This document shows, one piece after another, positions 27,700 through 43,035 of a stretch of DNA of 64,000 bases. Every line of letters begins with the position of its first letter. Within the stretch, counting starts at the first letter, position 1. A program made the position numbers and the translations under genes. Under the pieces are notes generated by a model, which was given only the letters and a program-made list of their open reading frames with translations, did not search any database and was not told the DNA's origin. Location: the NCBI GenBank assembly GCA_964016885.1, contig OZ024756.1:30380001-30444000 (forward strand). The letters are read 5' to 3'. The stretch is from Eledone cirrhosa. Taxonomy: Eukaryota.

Positions 27700-27842
27700 A
27701 TAGCTATCTAGCTGTCGAAACGGCCGGAGCTCAGCCGTCGGGGTCCCGACTCCTTTACTATTACCCACTCGACTACCCTAAGTATTGAGTACTCTGGTGC
27801 GTTATGGTCCACCTTGTATCTCACCACACCCTCTTTGTTGTA
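27700..27842 (+). mobile_element. Family A element
   Basis: gtcgaaacggccggagctcagccgtcggggtc...taagtattgagtactctggtgcgttatggtccacc. Confidence 0.85.
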
Positions 27843-27862
27843 TATATATATATATATATATA

Positions 27863-28120
<258 letters not shown>

Positions 28121-28182
28121 TAGATGTACTCGAAATTGAGAGAAACATACATATATACAGACATACATACATACATACATAC

Positions 28183-28470
28183 ATACGGACCATTAAGGAG
28201 GAGTTTGCAGATCCAGTATCCAAGATACACTTTCAGCTTCATACCCATCATCATTGGAGGTACAGGTTATATAACAACCCACTTGGATTTGAGGGCAAAT
28301 AGCGCATCTCCCTAATTCATAGACTACAAATGGCTGCGATAGCTGGCACCTTCAAAATTTGCAAACATTCTTGCGATTCAAGAGATGACAATTTCATTTC
28401 TTTTACAACCTTGCCACCAGGAAGGTGGCTGGTCAAAAATATACTCAAAATTAAGAGAAAGAGAAACATA
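28183..28470 (+). pseudogene. 3' end of an RLE-type LINE with (CATA)n tail
   Basis: YGPLRRSLQIQYPRYTFSFIPIIIGGTGYI and LIHRLQMAAIAGTFKICK match the KY..L...P.V.G..G end of RLE endonucleases; terminus actcaaaattaagagaaa has a similar stub at 28121-28146. Confidence 0.65.
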
Positions 28471-29012
28471 CATAAATACATAAATACATAAATAAATACA
28501 TACATGAAAACAAACACACATCTTAGACACTCATCCCAGTGTAACTCAACAAGTGTATTGTGTCAAGGTGCGTCTGTATTCCTCTCCATTCGTCTATATT
28601 CACGTCTGTTTTCACGTCTCTGTGTATATATATTCGTGATCTTGTGTGCTGTCATGTACTTGAAAATTGATTTCACATTCATCTTACTAAAAGCTATCTC
28701 CTCATACATTCTGCAGCGTGTTCTATGACTACACCAACAAAAATCAATATTTTGAATGAACTGCAAATATTGTCATATAAATTGTGATAGCGTTTCGCTT
28801 TGTTCATTGATGTTTGCCTACACATTGATTTTTAACTGCGAGTTCATTCTACCGCATTAAATAAAAAATAAAATACAACAACAATAATAAACACTTCGAC
28901 AACAACAACTACAACAACTGCAACAACAATCTCACCAACAACAGAAAAATATTGAAATGGAAATCAAACAAACTAGCGTGTATTACATATAATGTGTATG
29001 TATGGTGCTGTT

Positions 29013-29068
<56 letters not shown>

Positions 29069-29188
29069 TATAAAGGGCGAGAAAATTTGATGTATATGTA
29101 TATATATAATTATATTTTTCAGTATACAAACACATGTATATAGATGTGCGTGTGTCAGTGCATGTATGTATATATAAATTAGAGGTAA

Positions 29189-29224
<36 letters not shown>

Positions 29225-29263
29225 ATATAACATTTGCAACAACACAGCACGCCATTTTCCATT

Positions 29264-29301
<38 letters not shown>

Positions 29302-29314
29302 TAAATATATATAT

Positions 29315-29404
29315 ACACACATATATAGGCACACTTATATGAATATGTAAGTCTAAACATATGTGTAGACTTACATATTCATATAAGTGTCCCTATGTAT
29401 GTGT
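29315..29404. repeat. About 90-bp fold-back palindrome in TA-rich tract
   Basis: acacttatatgaatatgtaagtcta-aacatatgtg-tagacttacatattcatataagtgt. Confidence 0.85.
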
Positions 29405-29836
29405 ATATATATATTTATACATATATATATTTTTACCCCTAATTTTACGTGCTGTTTCTATGTGTTTAATTTTTTCTTATTATTTTATTTCAGCCTGTAC
29501 TGAGTAATTGCTGGCCTTGTGCCAAAATTAGAAACAATTATTACTAATATTCTTAATACACTGGGTAATTGCTGGCCTTGTACCAAAAGTAGAAACAATT
29601 ATTTTATTTCAGCCTCACTTTCATTTATAATAGATTTTGATTTTAATTTCATATCATACATCCATATTAAATATTTCCATCTCATGAACAACTTCAGATG
29701 CTTTTGTTAGAAACGTCTGACTTCGTGAAACCTTGGGTAATGGAACAATTATATTGTGTTATTTATTACAAAATTAAACAGCTCTGTACTATACATAGAA
29801 AACTCCTCTTTCCTTTACCTTTTCCACGGAAATACT

Positions 29837-29922
<86 letters not shown>

Positions 29923-30249
29923 GTATATATTCCTTGATCTCCACGTGGGTCTGTTGTTCATTGCCGTTGCCAAGTCCTAGATTCCAATACCAGAATCTCT
30001 GGAGATGACATCGAAGTAGGAAAGCTTGCGCCCCTGTTATTAGTGACTGCTTGTGGTATCCAAAGCAATAATGGGGACACAGCCTCATAGGTGGCACGAT
30101 GGCAGTGGCCAGAAAATCTTACTCACTTTTTACGTACAACGATAGATATTTACAACCCAAGGAAGGAAGGATGTATGTATGTATGTATGTATGTATGTAT
30201 GTATGTATGTATGTATGTATGTATGTATGTATGGTTGTATGTATGTAAA

Positions 30250-30697
30250 AAAGGAGCTCTTAAGAGTCAATGGCCATCCAAAATCACCGGGAGAGATGAA
30301 TCCTTAGCCTTTGTCAAGGCAGAATTCTTGGAGAAGGAAAACTCTGATATAACACCTGCAACCCTGATGGTATCCAATGATATTGATTTGTTCTTCTTTA
30401 TGGTAAATATCATCTTGGTTAAGAGAGTGAGACTGGCTTTGTGCAGTGCCTTTGCTCACTATAAAAGCTTCACGGCACAGGCATTGCTTTGTAACTGGAG
30501 ATCTCCCTGCACTTGTCGTCACATGGTACTATGGGCCCAGTACTATGTGTCAATAATTGTCACAAGTGTAGTGTTTGTACCAGAGTTTTCAAGTCGCTGG
30601 CTGGATTAAAAAGCCACACTGTTTCAGCGCATCGGTATGGGTTCTCCTACATGGATATAAAGTAGTGGCCGTACTCGAAAACGAGTTGGCAGCCATC
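30250..30697 (+). mobile_element. (TATG)n-embedded retroposon, copy 3 (more 5'-truncated)
   Basis: Starts at aaaggagctctt; same 3' end. Confidence 0.9.
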
Positions 30698-30700
30698 ATG

Positions 30701-30734
<34 letters not shown>

Positions 30735-31495
30735 TGTATGTATGTATGTATGTATGTATGTGTGCATCTATATGTATGTATGTACGTACGTATGTATTAT
30801 GTTCTTCTGGTTTTATAATTTCACAAATTTTTGCCAACAGAGAAAGTGAGTCGGTTTCTAACATAGATACAAGACTCTCTCATTGGAATTTACACATCAA
30901 CTAGCTAGATATGTAATATATGTCTGCATGGATGCATCTGTAGGTATGGATGTTATTGTATGTGTGGATGTGGATGTTTTGAGTTGTACGTGTGAAGGTG
31001 CATATGTATGTATGTATATATGTATGTATGTACGTATGTATGCATATATGCATGAATGCATTTATACATTTTTATATGTATGTATTTGTGTATGCATGCA
31101 TGCATGCATATACGTATGTATGTATGTGTACGTATGTCTGTATGTGTGCGTGTCACTGCTTTTGTGATTTAAAAAAAAGTATACAACCCCACACCAGCTA
31201 ACACGGCTACCTGCCTGACACATCGATACCTATACATACACTTTTCTTTTCAATACGAAAAGTAATTTAAATTAAAAAAGATATGAATTTAATAATTATA
31301 GTTTTCAGATGATGTGATCAAATATCCATCGTGTTTGTATGATCAAATCATATTTTAAGGCTATAATCATCATATGAGATATTGAATATCGAAAGAATAA
31401 TATTGTATATCTAGCATTATCGAATGAACCCTCCAGAATGTTCCATGAAAGTATCATTATATTAATGCATTATGCTTGAAATATAATAGTAATTT

Positions 31496-31550
<55 letters not shown>

Positions 31551-31574
31551 CGTGTGTGTGTGTGTGTGTGTTTG

Positions 31575-31656
<82 letters not shown>

Positions 31657-31809
31657 GTGTGCGTGTATGTGCGTGTGTGTTTGTGTGTGTATGTATGTAT
31701 ATATATATATAACAACAATTTTTCCCGGTAGGGTGAACTAACTGTTGTGGAACTACTTTATCTCTCTCTCTCTCTCTCTCTCTTCCTCCCTCTCTCTCTC
31801 TCTCCCCTC

Positions 31810-31892
<83 letters not shown>

Positions 31893-31970
31893 ATGAATCG
31901 GTTTGAAACTGGTAAGACAGAGTACTCGATAATTATATTTGTGTTATATATAAAAAAAATATATAAACTA

Positions 31971-32166
31971 AAGTACTAGTAATGCACTGGGATAATTGCT
32001 GGCACAAGGCCAGCAATTATCCCAGTGCATTACTGGTACTTTACTTTATCGAACCCGTAAGGATGAAAGGCAAAGTTAACCTTGGCTAGATTTGAACTCA
32101 AACCGTAAAGGGCCATAACTCTATGCTACACAGCATGGCGTCCCACCCTCTACCAATACTGCCAAT
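31971..32166 (-). mobile_element. Main-family SINE whose tail is followed by an inverted copy of itself
   Basis: aagtactagtaatgcactgggataattgctggc-acaag-gccagcaattatcccagtgcattactggtactt. Confidence 0.85.
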
Positions 32167-32271
32167 AAAATAATAATAATGAAATTGTGTTGTGTATATA
32201 TATATTTATGTATGTATGTATGTAAATATGTATATATGAATATAAAGTTTCTGCCAAGCCAATTCATGGAC

Positions 32272-32593
32272 ATCATCATCATCATCATTTTACGTCCACT
32301 TTTCCCTGCTTGCAAGGGTGGGACGGGAACTGATTCTGGCTTGATTTCTACAGCTGGATGCCCTTCCTAACACCAACCTCATTTACAGTGAGTGCTGGGT
32401 GCTTTTTTTGCCGTGGCGCCTCCACGCCCACTTTGCAGTGGAATGGACTGGGGTCCCTATCAGCTCATTTCTACAGCTGAGTTAACTGGAGCAATGTGAA
32501 ATAAAGTGTCTTGCTCAAGGAAACAACACATCACCCGGTCTGAGAATTGAACAACCTTTCGATTGGAAGCCCAATGCTCTAACCACTAAGCCA
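32272..32593 (-). mobile_element. CORE-type SINE with RTE-like 3' part and (ATG)n tail
   Basis: ctggagcaatgtgaaataaagtgtcttgctcaagg; ttctacagctggatgcccttcctaac; acgtccacttttcc adjacent to (cat)n. Confidence 0.7.
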
Positions 32594-32889
32594 ATATATA
32601 ATATTTAATCTAATCTAGTGAATCGTTATTAGAACTATTGAGAGAATGATACTTGTTCTGCTTAACTATTGGATGTCAACTTCGCTTTTTATCCTTTCGT
32701 CAATAATAACATAATCAAGAGCCGTAGCCATAATTAAAATGCTAGCAATGATCACAACTTCCCTATTTTAAGTTTCAGATATTTGTAGACGTATTTATGA
32801 ATGTATTGTTTGCTGTTTAACCCCTTTGTCAACATATTTCCAATGAAAAACACTACATAGTATTTTCAAATAATTTTGAAAATAATCAA

Positions 32890-33076
32890 TAATTGTTTCT
32901 ACTTTTGGCACAAGGCCAGCAATTAATCCAGTGTAATACTGGTACTTTATTTTATCGACCCCTTAAGGATGAAAGGCAAAGTTAACCTCGGCGGGTTTTG
33001 AACTCAGTCCGTAAAGGGACGTAACTGTCCTGCAAAGTATGGCGTCCGACCCTCTACCGATACTGCCAATCCACCT
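32890..33076 (-). mobile_element. Main-family SINE
   Basis: Reverse complement of the family consensus. Confidence 0.9.
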
Positions 33077-33858
33077 GAGGTTTCAAATATCCAGCTGATG
33101 TTTGGAACATGATTTAACATAGTTCCTTGTATAAAAAAAATATGGGGGAATGATTTTAGTTAAATATAAACATTTTAAAATATGCAGTAGTGTGTCATGA
33201 AGACATGGGTACTTTTAGTCGGTTTCTTATCAAAAGAGTTAAGCTGGTGCTTAGAGCTTAACATAACAAAAGGATTTACATAAACTTAGGATAGAAGGTA
33301 TTTAGATAAATATAAATCTTTTAAAATATATGATTTAATATGATAAATCGAGAGGGGTTTCTAGACGGTTAAGTATCAAAAGAATTGAGTACACATTTTC
33401 TGCAACATTTGGTCTAGCAAAAATGGTTGCATATTTTCGTGAGTTTATTGTATTAATTTCAATACATTCCGAAAAGGACATTCTAATGAGGATCTTCATT
33501 TTAATATGTTTGTGTTATTTGTTCTTGTCTATGATTTTATTATTCCTGTGAATTCTTGTGAATAATGGTGTCGTTTACGTTGGTATTCGCACTATTGTTG
33601 TTGTTATTGTTGTTGGACATCCGTCGGTTATGACGATGCGTGTTACAGTATTCCGGAGACACGTGGAACCTTAACGTAGTTCTGAAGGATATTCAGCAAG
33701 ACATGAAATGTCAGACATTTAGAATTTCAGGTACAACTAATTTTTTTATTTTGCCATCTAAAGGAATGAACTGACGCCAAGTGAAATAAAGTGTCTTCCC
33801 CAAACATCATGCATATATATATATATATATAGACACGCACGCACATTTGAATGTGTGA

Positions 33859-33936
<78 letters not shown>

Positions 33937-33963
33937 CGTAAAATAAGAAAATTATAAAATTAA

Positions 33964-34024
<61 letters not shown>

Positions 34025-34806
34025 GTATGTGTGATTGTGTGTGTGTATGCGTGTGTGTGTATGTCGGTGTGTATTTGGCATTGCATGGAGTTTGGTGTGT
34101 ATTTATGAAGAGTAAGGATATTTTGAAACACCTATGGCTCTTATCATCAGTCTCTAATATACATATATGAATATATATTACGCTTTTATTTCATATGAAT
34201 ACGCATTTGTAATCGTATAACCTCAAAGATCTGCACACAGATGCACATTCACACTTACACACCATCACATACATACAGACGTACAGGCACACATTCAGTC
34301 ACATTCTCCCACCAAAAAATACATACATGTACACACACAGACACGAGCGCGAAATCGCATAAAATGAAATTCAGAAACGTTCATACATATATTGATAGGA
34401 GGGCGTCCTGAAGTTTACATATTCATACATACATGTATTTATGCAGACACAAACTCATAGCAACACATACTCATATACTAACACACACACGTGATATACG
34501 CCTTCACACATTGACTGTTTCGTACATGTCCATGTACAAGCAAACATGCTGAAATACACACTCACATACATACTTGCATCCATATATAATATACCTATAT
34601 ACATATATACTTATATACTTATATACATACATACAACCAGACTTACATCCATACATAACATACCAACCTACATACATACTTACAGACACACATCATACAT
34701 ACATACATACATACATACATACCTACCTCCATACATACATAGATCTATATATCTATACATACTTACAGACACACATCATACATACATACATACATACATA
34801 CATACA

Positions 34807-34838
<32 letters not shown>

Positions 34839-35083
34839 CACTTACATCTATATATCTATACATACATACATACATACATACATACATACATACATACATA
34901 CATACATACATACATACATACATACATACATCTATATATCTATACATACATAGATGATTACGTTTGTGCTAATATACACTTACACATATAGACACACGTT
35001 CAAACATTATCAAACGCCCAGATTTACATATTCCTACACAGAAACACATACAAAATTATTCACACCCACACACACATCATATA

Positions 35084-35156
<73 letters not shown>

Positions 35157-35431
35157 GTGCGTGTGTGTGTGTCTGTGTGTGTATATATGTATGTATATAC
35201 ATATATGTACACCAATACATCCATACACATTTGCGCAATATCAATCATACCTATGAATTTATACAAAAATACAGACACCCATTTATGGTGCAAAATGTGT
35301 CTATTATTTATTTATACATGAGTTATCTCATCTTTATGGCGCTTTCTTTACCACTGCGATGTGTCTGCTTCTATAATCTATAAGCAAACAGACATAGAAA
35401 CACACACACATATAGACATACATACAAACGC

Positions 35432-35462
<31 letters not shown>

Positions 35463-35622
35463 TACATACATATATACGTATGTAGAGATGATTTTACCGG
35501 TATATATATATATATATATATATATAAATACAGTAGCTAACGCGATATTAATTAATTTACATATGCATGCATATATATATGATATATAGATATATATATG
35601 TATATGTTTATATATATATATG

Positions 35623-35684
<62 letters not shown>

Positions 35685-36142
35685 TATAAATATATGTGTG
35701 TTTATATATATATATATTTATATATATATATATATGCTTATATATATATACATGTTTACATATGTATATAAATGTGTGTGTGTCTATAGCTACTTATATC
35801 CAGATCTTTGTATGTGTATACAATACACAATTGTATGTATATACGTGAATACAATATAATTTCCGTTGACTACTGTTCAATAGTTCAGCAGTTCATATTT
35901 AGATGTGTAAACAGACCGGCATCTTTATATCCCTTACTACACTGTAATAAACATTATAAACAACACAGTATTTTCCTCCATGATTTCCAACTTATTCAAC
36001 TGATTCTATTACATATTGAAGTTATCGTCTGCAAATACATTGCATCATGTCTATTTCGAGTTCTCCCAATCTTATCTCTTATGTCATACTGACATTTTTA
36101 TTCTCTTTCGCTCTCTCTCATTCTAACAGATCTTATCTCAAT

Positions 36143-36207
<65 letters not shown>

Positions 36208-36217
36208 ATATATATCC

Positions 36218-36258
<41 letters not shown>

Positions 36259-36294
36259 CATATATATATATAAACATATATATATATATATATA

Positions 36295-36938
36295 TATAAA
36301 GAAAAAGAGATGAAATCGAAAATGCAACTGGAGTCTTATTTTTTTAAAAAATATATATATTTATTTTACCTTTGCGCTAACAATACAACAGAACAAATGC
36401 GAATAAATAAGGAAAATATGTTTATTCAAAAATATAGACCAACATTAAATAAGGTTTAATATACATTATGTCAACACCACAATATGACATACACACACAC
36501 ACATAACACCTTCTACTTTAGAAAATAAAAACCCGAACTAAATATACCTTAACATACGTTTGCACTGGCAATACAACAGCAAACACGAAAAAGTAAGGAA
36601 AATATGTTCATTCAAAAATATTCCTACTAAAGGAATCACTTTCCTACACACACACAATATATATATATATTCTCTTCATCTTAACATGCTAACCATACTC
36701 CCACACACATAACACCCATACACACACATAACAACCCCCACACCTACAACTCCCTCCCCATTTCTACTAATAGAACCACTTTCCTACACACATATATATA
36801 TACACACACACAAAATATATATTCTCTCCATCTTAACATACTCGCACACACACACATAACACCCACATACACACACACACAACTCCCTCCCCCATCTCTA
36901 CGAATAGAATCATCTTCCAATACACACATACACACACA

Positions 36939-36981
<43 letters not shown>

Positions 36982-37642
36982 GCACACAAATAAACATACA
37001 TATCTTCACTTCAATAGAAAATCTGAACTCTGACACCCCGGCGAGCTGGCCATATTCACTGAACCAGAACAATTCTCCCAATCCCTTTTCTCTTGACCAC
37101 TATCTCTCCATTGTCATAACATTCACTATAAAGACTACAGAATAGTTTTCCAAATAAGGGCGCAAAAATGTAATGAATACTTGTTCACGTGACAGCCAAA
37201 TTTCATTTATAACCAACCCCAAAAAAGCCTTCGTGAGCCTCCTTTTTTCAAGTAAAAAGAAATTCAAACACTCATATATGAAAAAACAACCTGTGAAAAC
37301 CCCCCCTCTCTTATTTGAAGAACTATTGTAACGCGAACTGGCGCGAAATTTATTATAATTATTGACAAACCAATCAAATTACTTCTCGAAAAACCTGGCA
37401 TTTCGAGCCACTTTTTCCATATAAAACAAGTAACATTCAGAGACCAACCAGATGTGAGAAAAACCACAGACCCTCCATCTCAACTCACCTTTTGAAAAGC
37501 AGAAGAACTGCGAAACCGGTAAAGGAACCAAATAAATATATATATTTAAAAAAAAAATAAGACTCCAGTTGCATTTTCGATTTCATCTCTTTTTCTTTAT
37601 ACTTTCACTCGTGGAGGACACCTCGGTTATTTTTCATTTTGT
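36295..37642 (+). mobile_element. Decayed Penelope-like element: inverted 5' repeat, GIY-YIG relic, hammerhead, 3' terminal repeat
   Basis: 36295-36365 is inverted relative to 37531-37601; IVFQIRAQKCNEY...SLREP at about 37142-37240; CCUU uUGAaaA GCAG aagaa CUGC GAA ACCGGU A AAGG at 37488-37525; both ends in (TA)n. Confidence 0.7.
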
Positions 37643-37656
37643 AAAAAAAACCTCAC

Positions 37657-37763
<107 letters not shown>

Positions 37764-37947
37764 ATATATATAAGAGTTAAACAAAATTCAATGAGTATAT
37801 CAAAGAATGAGTTTTACAGTAGATTGGAAGCACTCTACGGTATAATAATTTTCCGGAGTTATTAATGTTAAATTTTCACTAAGGTTAATCACTACCTTGA
37901 TTAAATCTTAACCATTTAACATGTCAGGGTATATCATGTATCATTAT

Positions 37948-38000
37948 ATTTTGTCTGATGAGGACGTAGTGTTGTACATCCGAAATATCTATAATAAAAT
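37948..38000 (+). ncRNA. Hammerhead ribozyme (family C) within TA-flanked island 37770-38045
   Basis: AUUUUGU CUGAUGA GGAcGUA guguug UACAUCC GAA AUAUcUAU A AUAAAAU. Confidence 0.75.
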
Positions 38001-38073
38001 GTAATTGATCAAAAGAACATCTATTTTATTAATACTTATATTCTAATAATAATATATATATATATATATATAT

Positions 38074-38278
38074 ATAGGAGTAAGTAAGACCCCGACGGCT
38101 GAGCTCAAGCCGTCTGTAGAATTCTATAGAATTCTGTAGAATTCTCAGAATTAGCCGTCGAAACGGCTTGAGCTCAGCCGTCGGGGTCTTACTTACTCCT
38201 ATTACCCACTCTACTACCCTAAGTATTGAGTACTTTGCTGCGTTATGGTCCACCTGGTTCCTTACCACTTTTCCTTCG

Positions 38279-38281
<3 letters not shown>
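38074..38281 (+). mobile_element. Family A fold-back element with slipped junction
   Basis: Inverted arm begins ataggagtaagtaagaccccgacgg; the junction contains 10-bp (ctgtagaatt)-type repeats. Confidence 0.9.
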
Positions 38282-38364
<83 letters not shown>

Positions 38365-38367
38365 GTG

Positions 38368-38491
<124 letters not shown>

Positions 38492-38851
38492 CACACACAC
38501 ATATATATATATATTTAGGAGCGTGGCGTGTGTATGTGTTGTGTGGTGAACACAAATAGATCACCGGAAAAAGACCCATATTTTGCGGTGGTGAAACAGT
38601 TTAAAATGGAATTATATTTTTCTCATATATTTTGCGGATATCATTATATATTCCATTATTTCAAATAAATTGCTTCTTTGTTGCGTTCTTTTGCCAGTTT
38701 CATATATCTATATATACTCACACATAACTCTAACGCTTGCTTCCTATATGGGTTTGTGTCTTTCTCTATATCTAGTCCTCACTCACTTTGTTCCCCTTTC
38801 TCTCTTACACACTCTGCCTTTCTCTCTGTCTTTATACATATATATATAGAT

Positions 38852-38935
<84 letters not shown>

Positions 38936-38984
38936 TTGTGTGTGTAACTTGACGTTATATTCCTTATATATATATATATATATA

Positions 38985-39251
38985 TTTATTAAAATAATAT
39001 TAAATTTTAAGCAAATAATCGCTGCTTTCACCCTTAACGGGACCTTCTGAAACTAACAAAGTCAATCTGTGAACGCAGAAGTGAATATTTCAAAAAACGT
39101 TGCAACCGGAGGAAGACAGGAAGACGATACTTTGGTTCGTGGAAACGTTCATTGGCAAAGAATATTTGCTCTACGGTTCTTATATATTTTATATATATTT
39201 ATCCTTATCGAGCACCTTTTGGATTTTAGTCTTCAAATTTATTATTATTAC
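38985..39251. mobile_element. Family B element with inverted 5' portion
   Basis: 38985-39160 is the reverse complement of the 5' part including the whole hammerhead (core CAGAAGG at 39043-39049); the forward 3' part resumes at aatatttgctctacgg. Confidence 0.8.
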
Positions 39252-39391
39252 CATATATATATATATATAGTAATGCGTAGAAATGTCCGTGATCTCCAGC
39301 AGACAACTGATGAAGGGAAATTGTACCCCGTTCTCGTGCTTTCCTCTTATTTATAAATACACTTGATCTAGCAACCACACACCCTCTTTTT

Positions 39392-39442
<51 letters not shown>

Positions 39443-39694
39443 ATGTGTGTGTGTGTGTGTGAGTGTGAGTGTGTGTGTGTATGTTTGTGTGTGTGTCATT
39501 TATTCTTTTATTATATTGTCATTTCCCTCTCACCTGCCCTTAATATACTCAAACTTCATCGTGGCCTGGGCCACTACAGACGTATCATCTTGACGGACTA
39601 GTATCTTTTCAGCTGGTCCATCAGGAAGTTTGGGCTAAAGTAGGTACGCATTGCATTGACAGTTCCACTAATACATCTGGGCTACGGCAGACCA

Positions 39695-40050
39695 GGATTA
39701 CATTGATCAAGGCATCTGGGTCACGATAGACCTGAAACAATTTGACAGGACTATCAAGACATCTGTCACACGTCAGCCCTGAGACATGTTGACAGGAATA
39801 TCAACACATCTGGTGCATGACAAACCTTAATCACTTTGAGAGGATTATCAAGACATCTGGAACACGTCAGAACTGAGTCACTTTGACAGGACTATCAACA
39901 CATCTGGTGCACAGCAAACCGGAAACATTTAGATAAGATTATCAAGACATCTGGTATATGAGAAACCTGAACCAGTTTGACAGAAGTAGGAAGACATCTG
40001 GTATATGACAAACCTGAATCATTTTGACAAGACTATCAAGACATCTGGGA
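39695..40050. repeat. 47-bp diverged minisatellite, about 8 units
   Basis: (a/g)catctg recurs at 39712, 39759, 39806, 39853, 39900, 39947, 39994 and 40041. Confidence 0.9.
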
Positions 40051-40413
40051 TACGACGCTGTTTGCTATAAATGTTATTTCCCAGGTGCCAAGCTATAAAC
40101 CACATTGGTTTCTGCTAGATGATCTATGTTTTCAATACCACCTCGTATTTCTTTAGTATGGTGGCATCAATAGCAATATCACTGTCATCTACAGCAACAG
40201 CAGTGACACAAACAACAACACCAGCATCATCATCACCATCAGTGACAACCAGACCAGCCACTGCTACCACAAATACCACTAAACCCATGACTCCCACTCG
40301 TGAAGTCAATAATTCCTAACGTTGGCACAAGGCCTCAAATTTTATGGAGAGGATGAGAGCGTGGGAAAGAGCGAGAAAGGTAGAGGGACATGGGCATATA
40401 TGGTGTGAGTGAT

Positions 40414-40487
<74 letters not shown>

Positions 40488-40949
40488 ATGATAATATCGA
40501 TTAAATCGACGTAAATGGACATAATTCAATGCCGAAAAGCTTTTAATCCGAGACACTAACGATGTTGCAAAGGTACTGAAACGAGCATCAATAACAAAAC
40601 CAACAACAACAATCGCAATCAAAACGATTCTAATAATAATGATGGTGGTATTGGTGATCATAATAATGACAGTAATAATAGTAGTAATAATAATAATGAT
40701 AATAATAATAATGGTTATAGTTATAGTAATGGTAATAGTAATAGTGATTATGGTAATGGCACATTGAAAAGATATAAAATTAATTTATAGATGTAATGTT
40801 AATAAAGCTTCAACGTTTACGAAAAGCTTCAATCAGCCTTGAGCACCCCCCCCCCGCGCCTCCCACCTCCACACACATACATACACACATACACACACAC
40901 ACACACACACACAGACACACAGACACACATACAAACACTCACACACACG

Positions 40950-40995
<46 letters not shown>

Positions 40996-41068
40996 TGTAT
41001 ATAAATACGTATATATATCTATATACATTTTCTATAATATATATATATACACATATACATATGTACAC

Positions 41069-41155
<87 letters not shown>

Positions 41156-41167
41156 AAATATATATAT

Positions 41168-41218
<51 letters not shown>

Positions 41219-41335
41219 TGTATATAAATACGTATATATATCTACATACATATCTATAATATATATATATATACACATATACATATGTACACATTATATA
41301 TATATATATAAATATATAAATATTTATATATATAT

Positions 41336-41458
<123 letters not shown>

Positions 41459-41789
41459 CATGCATATATATATATATATGCATACGAAACATGCTTACTA
41501 CAAATATTCTATATATTCTATTATTCTATTGACTTACATGACTGACATGTGTTGTGTATGCATGGGCGTAAATGCTTACTATTATGTTCTAATATATAAT
41601 AACGAGCTTATGCTGTCTTTTGTTTAATTCTTCTTCCACTTTATTCTTTGTTCCTCACGAAGGATCCGCTATACAGATGTTAATGTTCAACTGTGCTTTC
41701 ACTGCGCTTTTCAACGTGACTGCAGGTCATTCACCTTTGTTCAACATTCGCTCAACTCAACCGATCTATAATACATAATATGGACAATC

Positions 41790-42440
41790 GTGATCTAATA
41801 ACATACATATTTCCAGTATGGAAGCTCAAGTTCTATCCCTATATGTGTGTGATATGTGGGTCTATATGTGTGTGAGAATACATCAGTGTGTGTATATCTC
41901 TGTGTGTGTTATATTTCCAGTATGGAAGCTCAAGTTCTATCCCTATATGTGTGTGATATGTGGGTCTATATGTGTGTGAGAATATATGAGTGTGTGTATA
42001 TCTGTGTGTGTTATATTTCCAGTATGGAAGCTCAAGTTCTATCCCTATATGTGTGTGATATGTGGGTCTATATGTGTGTGAGAATACATGAGTGTGTGTA
42101 TATCTGTGTGTGTGTTTGTGTGCATGTGTGTGTGCGTAATTGTGTATGCGTGTCAGTATGTGTGTATATATATATATGTGTGTGTGTGCATGTGTGTGTG
42201 CGTAATCGTGTATGCGTGTCTGTATGTGTGTATATATATATATATATGTGTGTGTGTGCATGTGTGTGTGCGTAATTGTATATGCGTGTCTGTATGTGTG
42301 TATATATATATATATATGTGTATATGTGTGTGTGTTTGTGTGTGTGTATATTACAAAGGTGAAGTATCTAATGCGAACAACCGTGATCTAATAACACATA
42401 TTTCCAGTATGGAAGCTCAAATTCTATCCATATATGTGTG
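41790..42440. repeat. About 102-104-bp tandem repeat (3 copies plus a distal copy) with GT-rich subrepeats
   Basis: atatttccagtatggaagctcaa at about 41807, 41911, 42013 and 42398. Confidence 0.85.
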
Positions 42441-42633
42441 TGTGTGTGTGTGTGGGTGGGGGTGTGGGTGGGGGTGGGCGGGTATATGTGTTTGTGTGTA
42501 TATGTGTGTGCATAATTGTGTGCGCGTGCCTGTATGTGTGTGTATATATATATGTGTGTGTATGTGTGTGTTACAAAGGTGAAGTATTGAATTGGCTCTG
42601 AAAGTTAGATGCACACACATACACGCTCATGAA

Positions 42634-42780
<147 letters not shown>

Positions 42781-42833
42781 ATGTATATCGACATATACCT
42801 ATAAATATACTTACGTATATTTACACTCACATG

Positions 42834-42866
<33 letters not shown>

Positions 42867-42879
42867 CATTAGTCGAACA

Positions 42880-43035
42880 CCATGTTTTTAAGCATAGAGT
42901 TACGTCCCTTTATGGTCTAAGTTCAAATCCCGCCGAGGTCAACTTTGCCTTTTCATCCTTACGGGGACGATATAATAAAGTACCAGTAATGTACTGGGTA
43001 ATTGCTGGCCTTGTGCCAAAAATAGAAACAATTAT
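42880..43035 (+). mobile_element. 5'-truncated main-family SINE
   Basis: B box, central domain and tail. Confidence 0.85.

Noticed and set aside
39300-39340. Hammerhead at CTGATGAagggaaattgtacccc
   Set aside because: No GAAA after the putative stem II; at most a truncated relic. CTGAAGA at about 2248 and 47168 and CTGATGA at 20448 also lack the remaining core.
39695-40050. CRISPR-like repeat-spacer appearance
   Set aside because: The variable halves are homologous to each other, the repeats are degenerate, there are no cas genes, and the context is eukaryotic.
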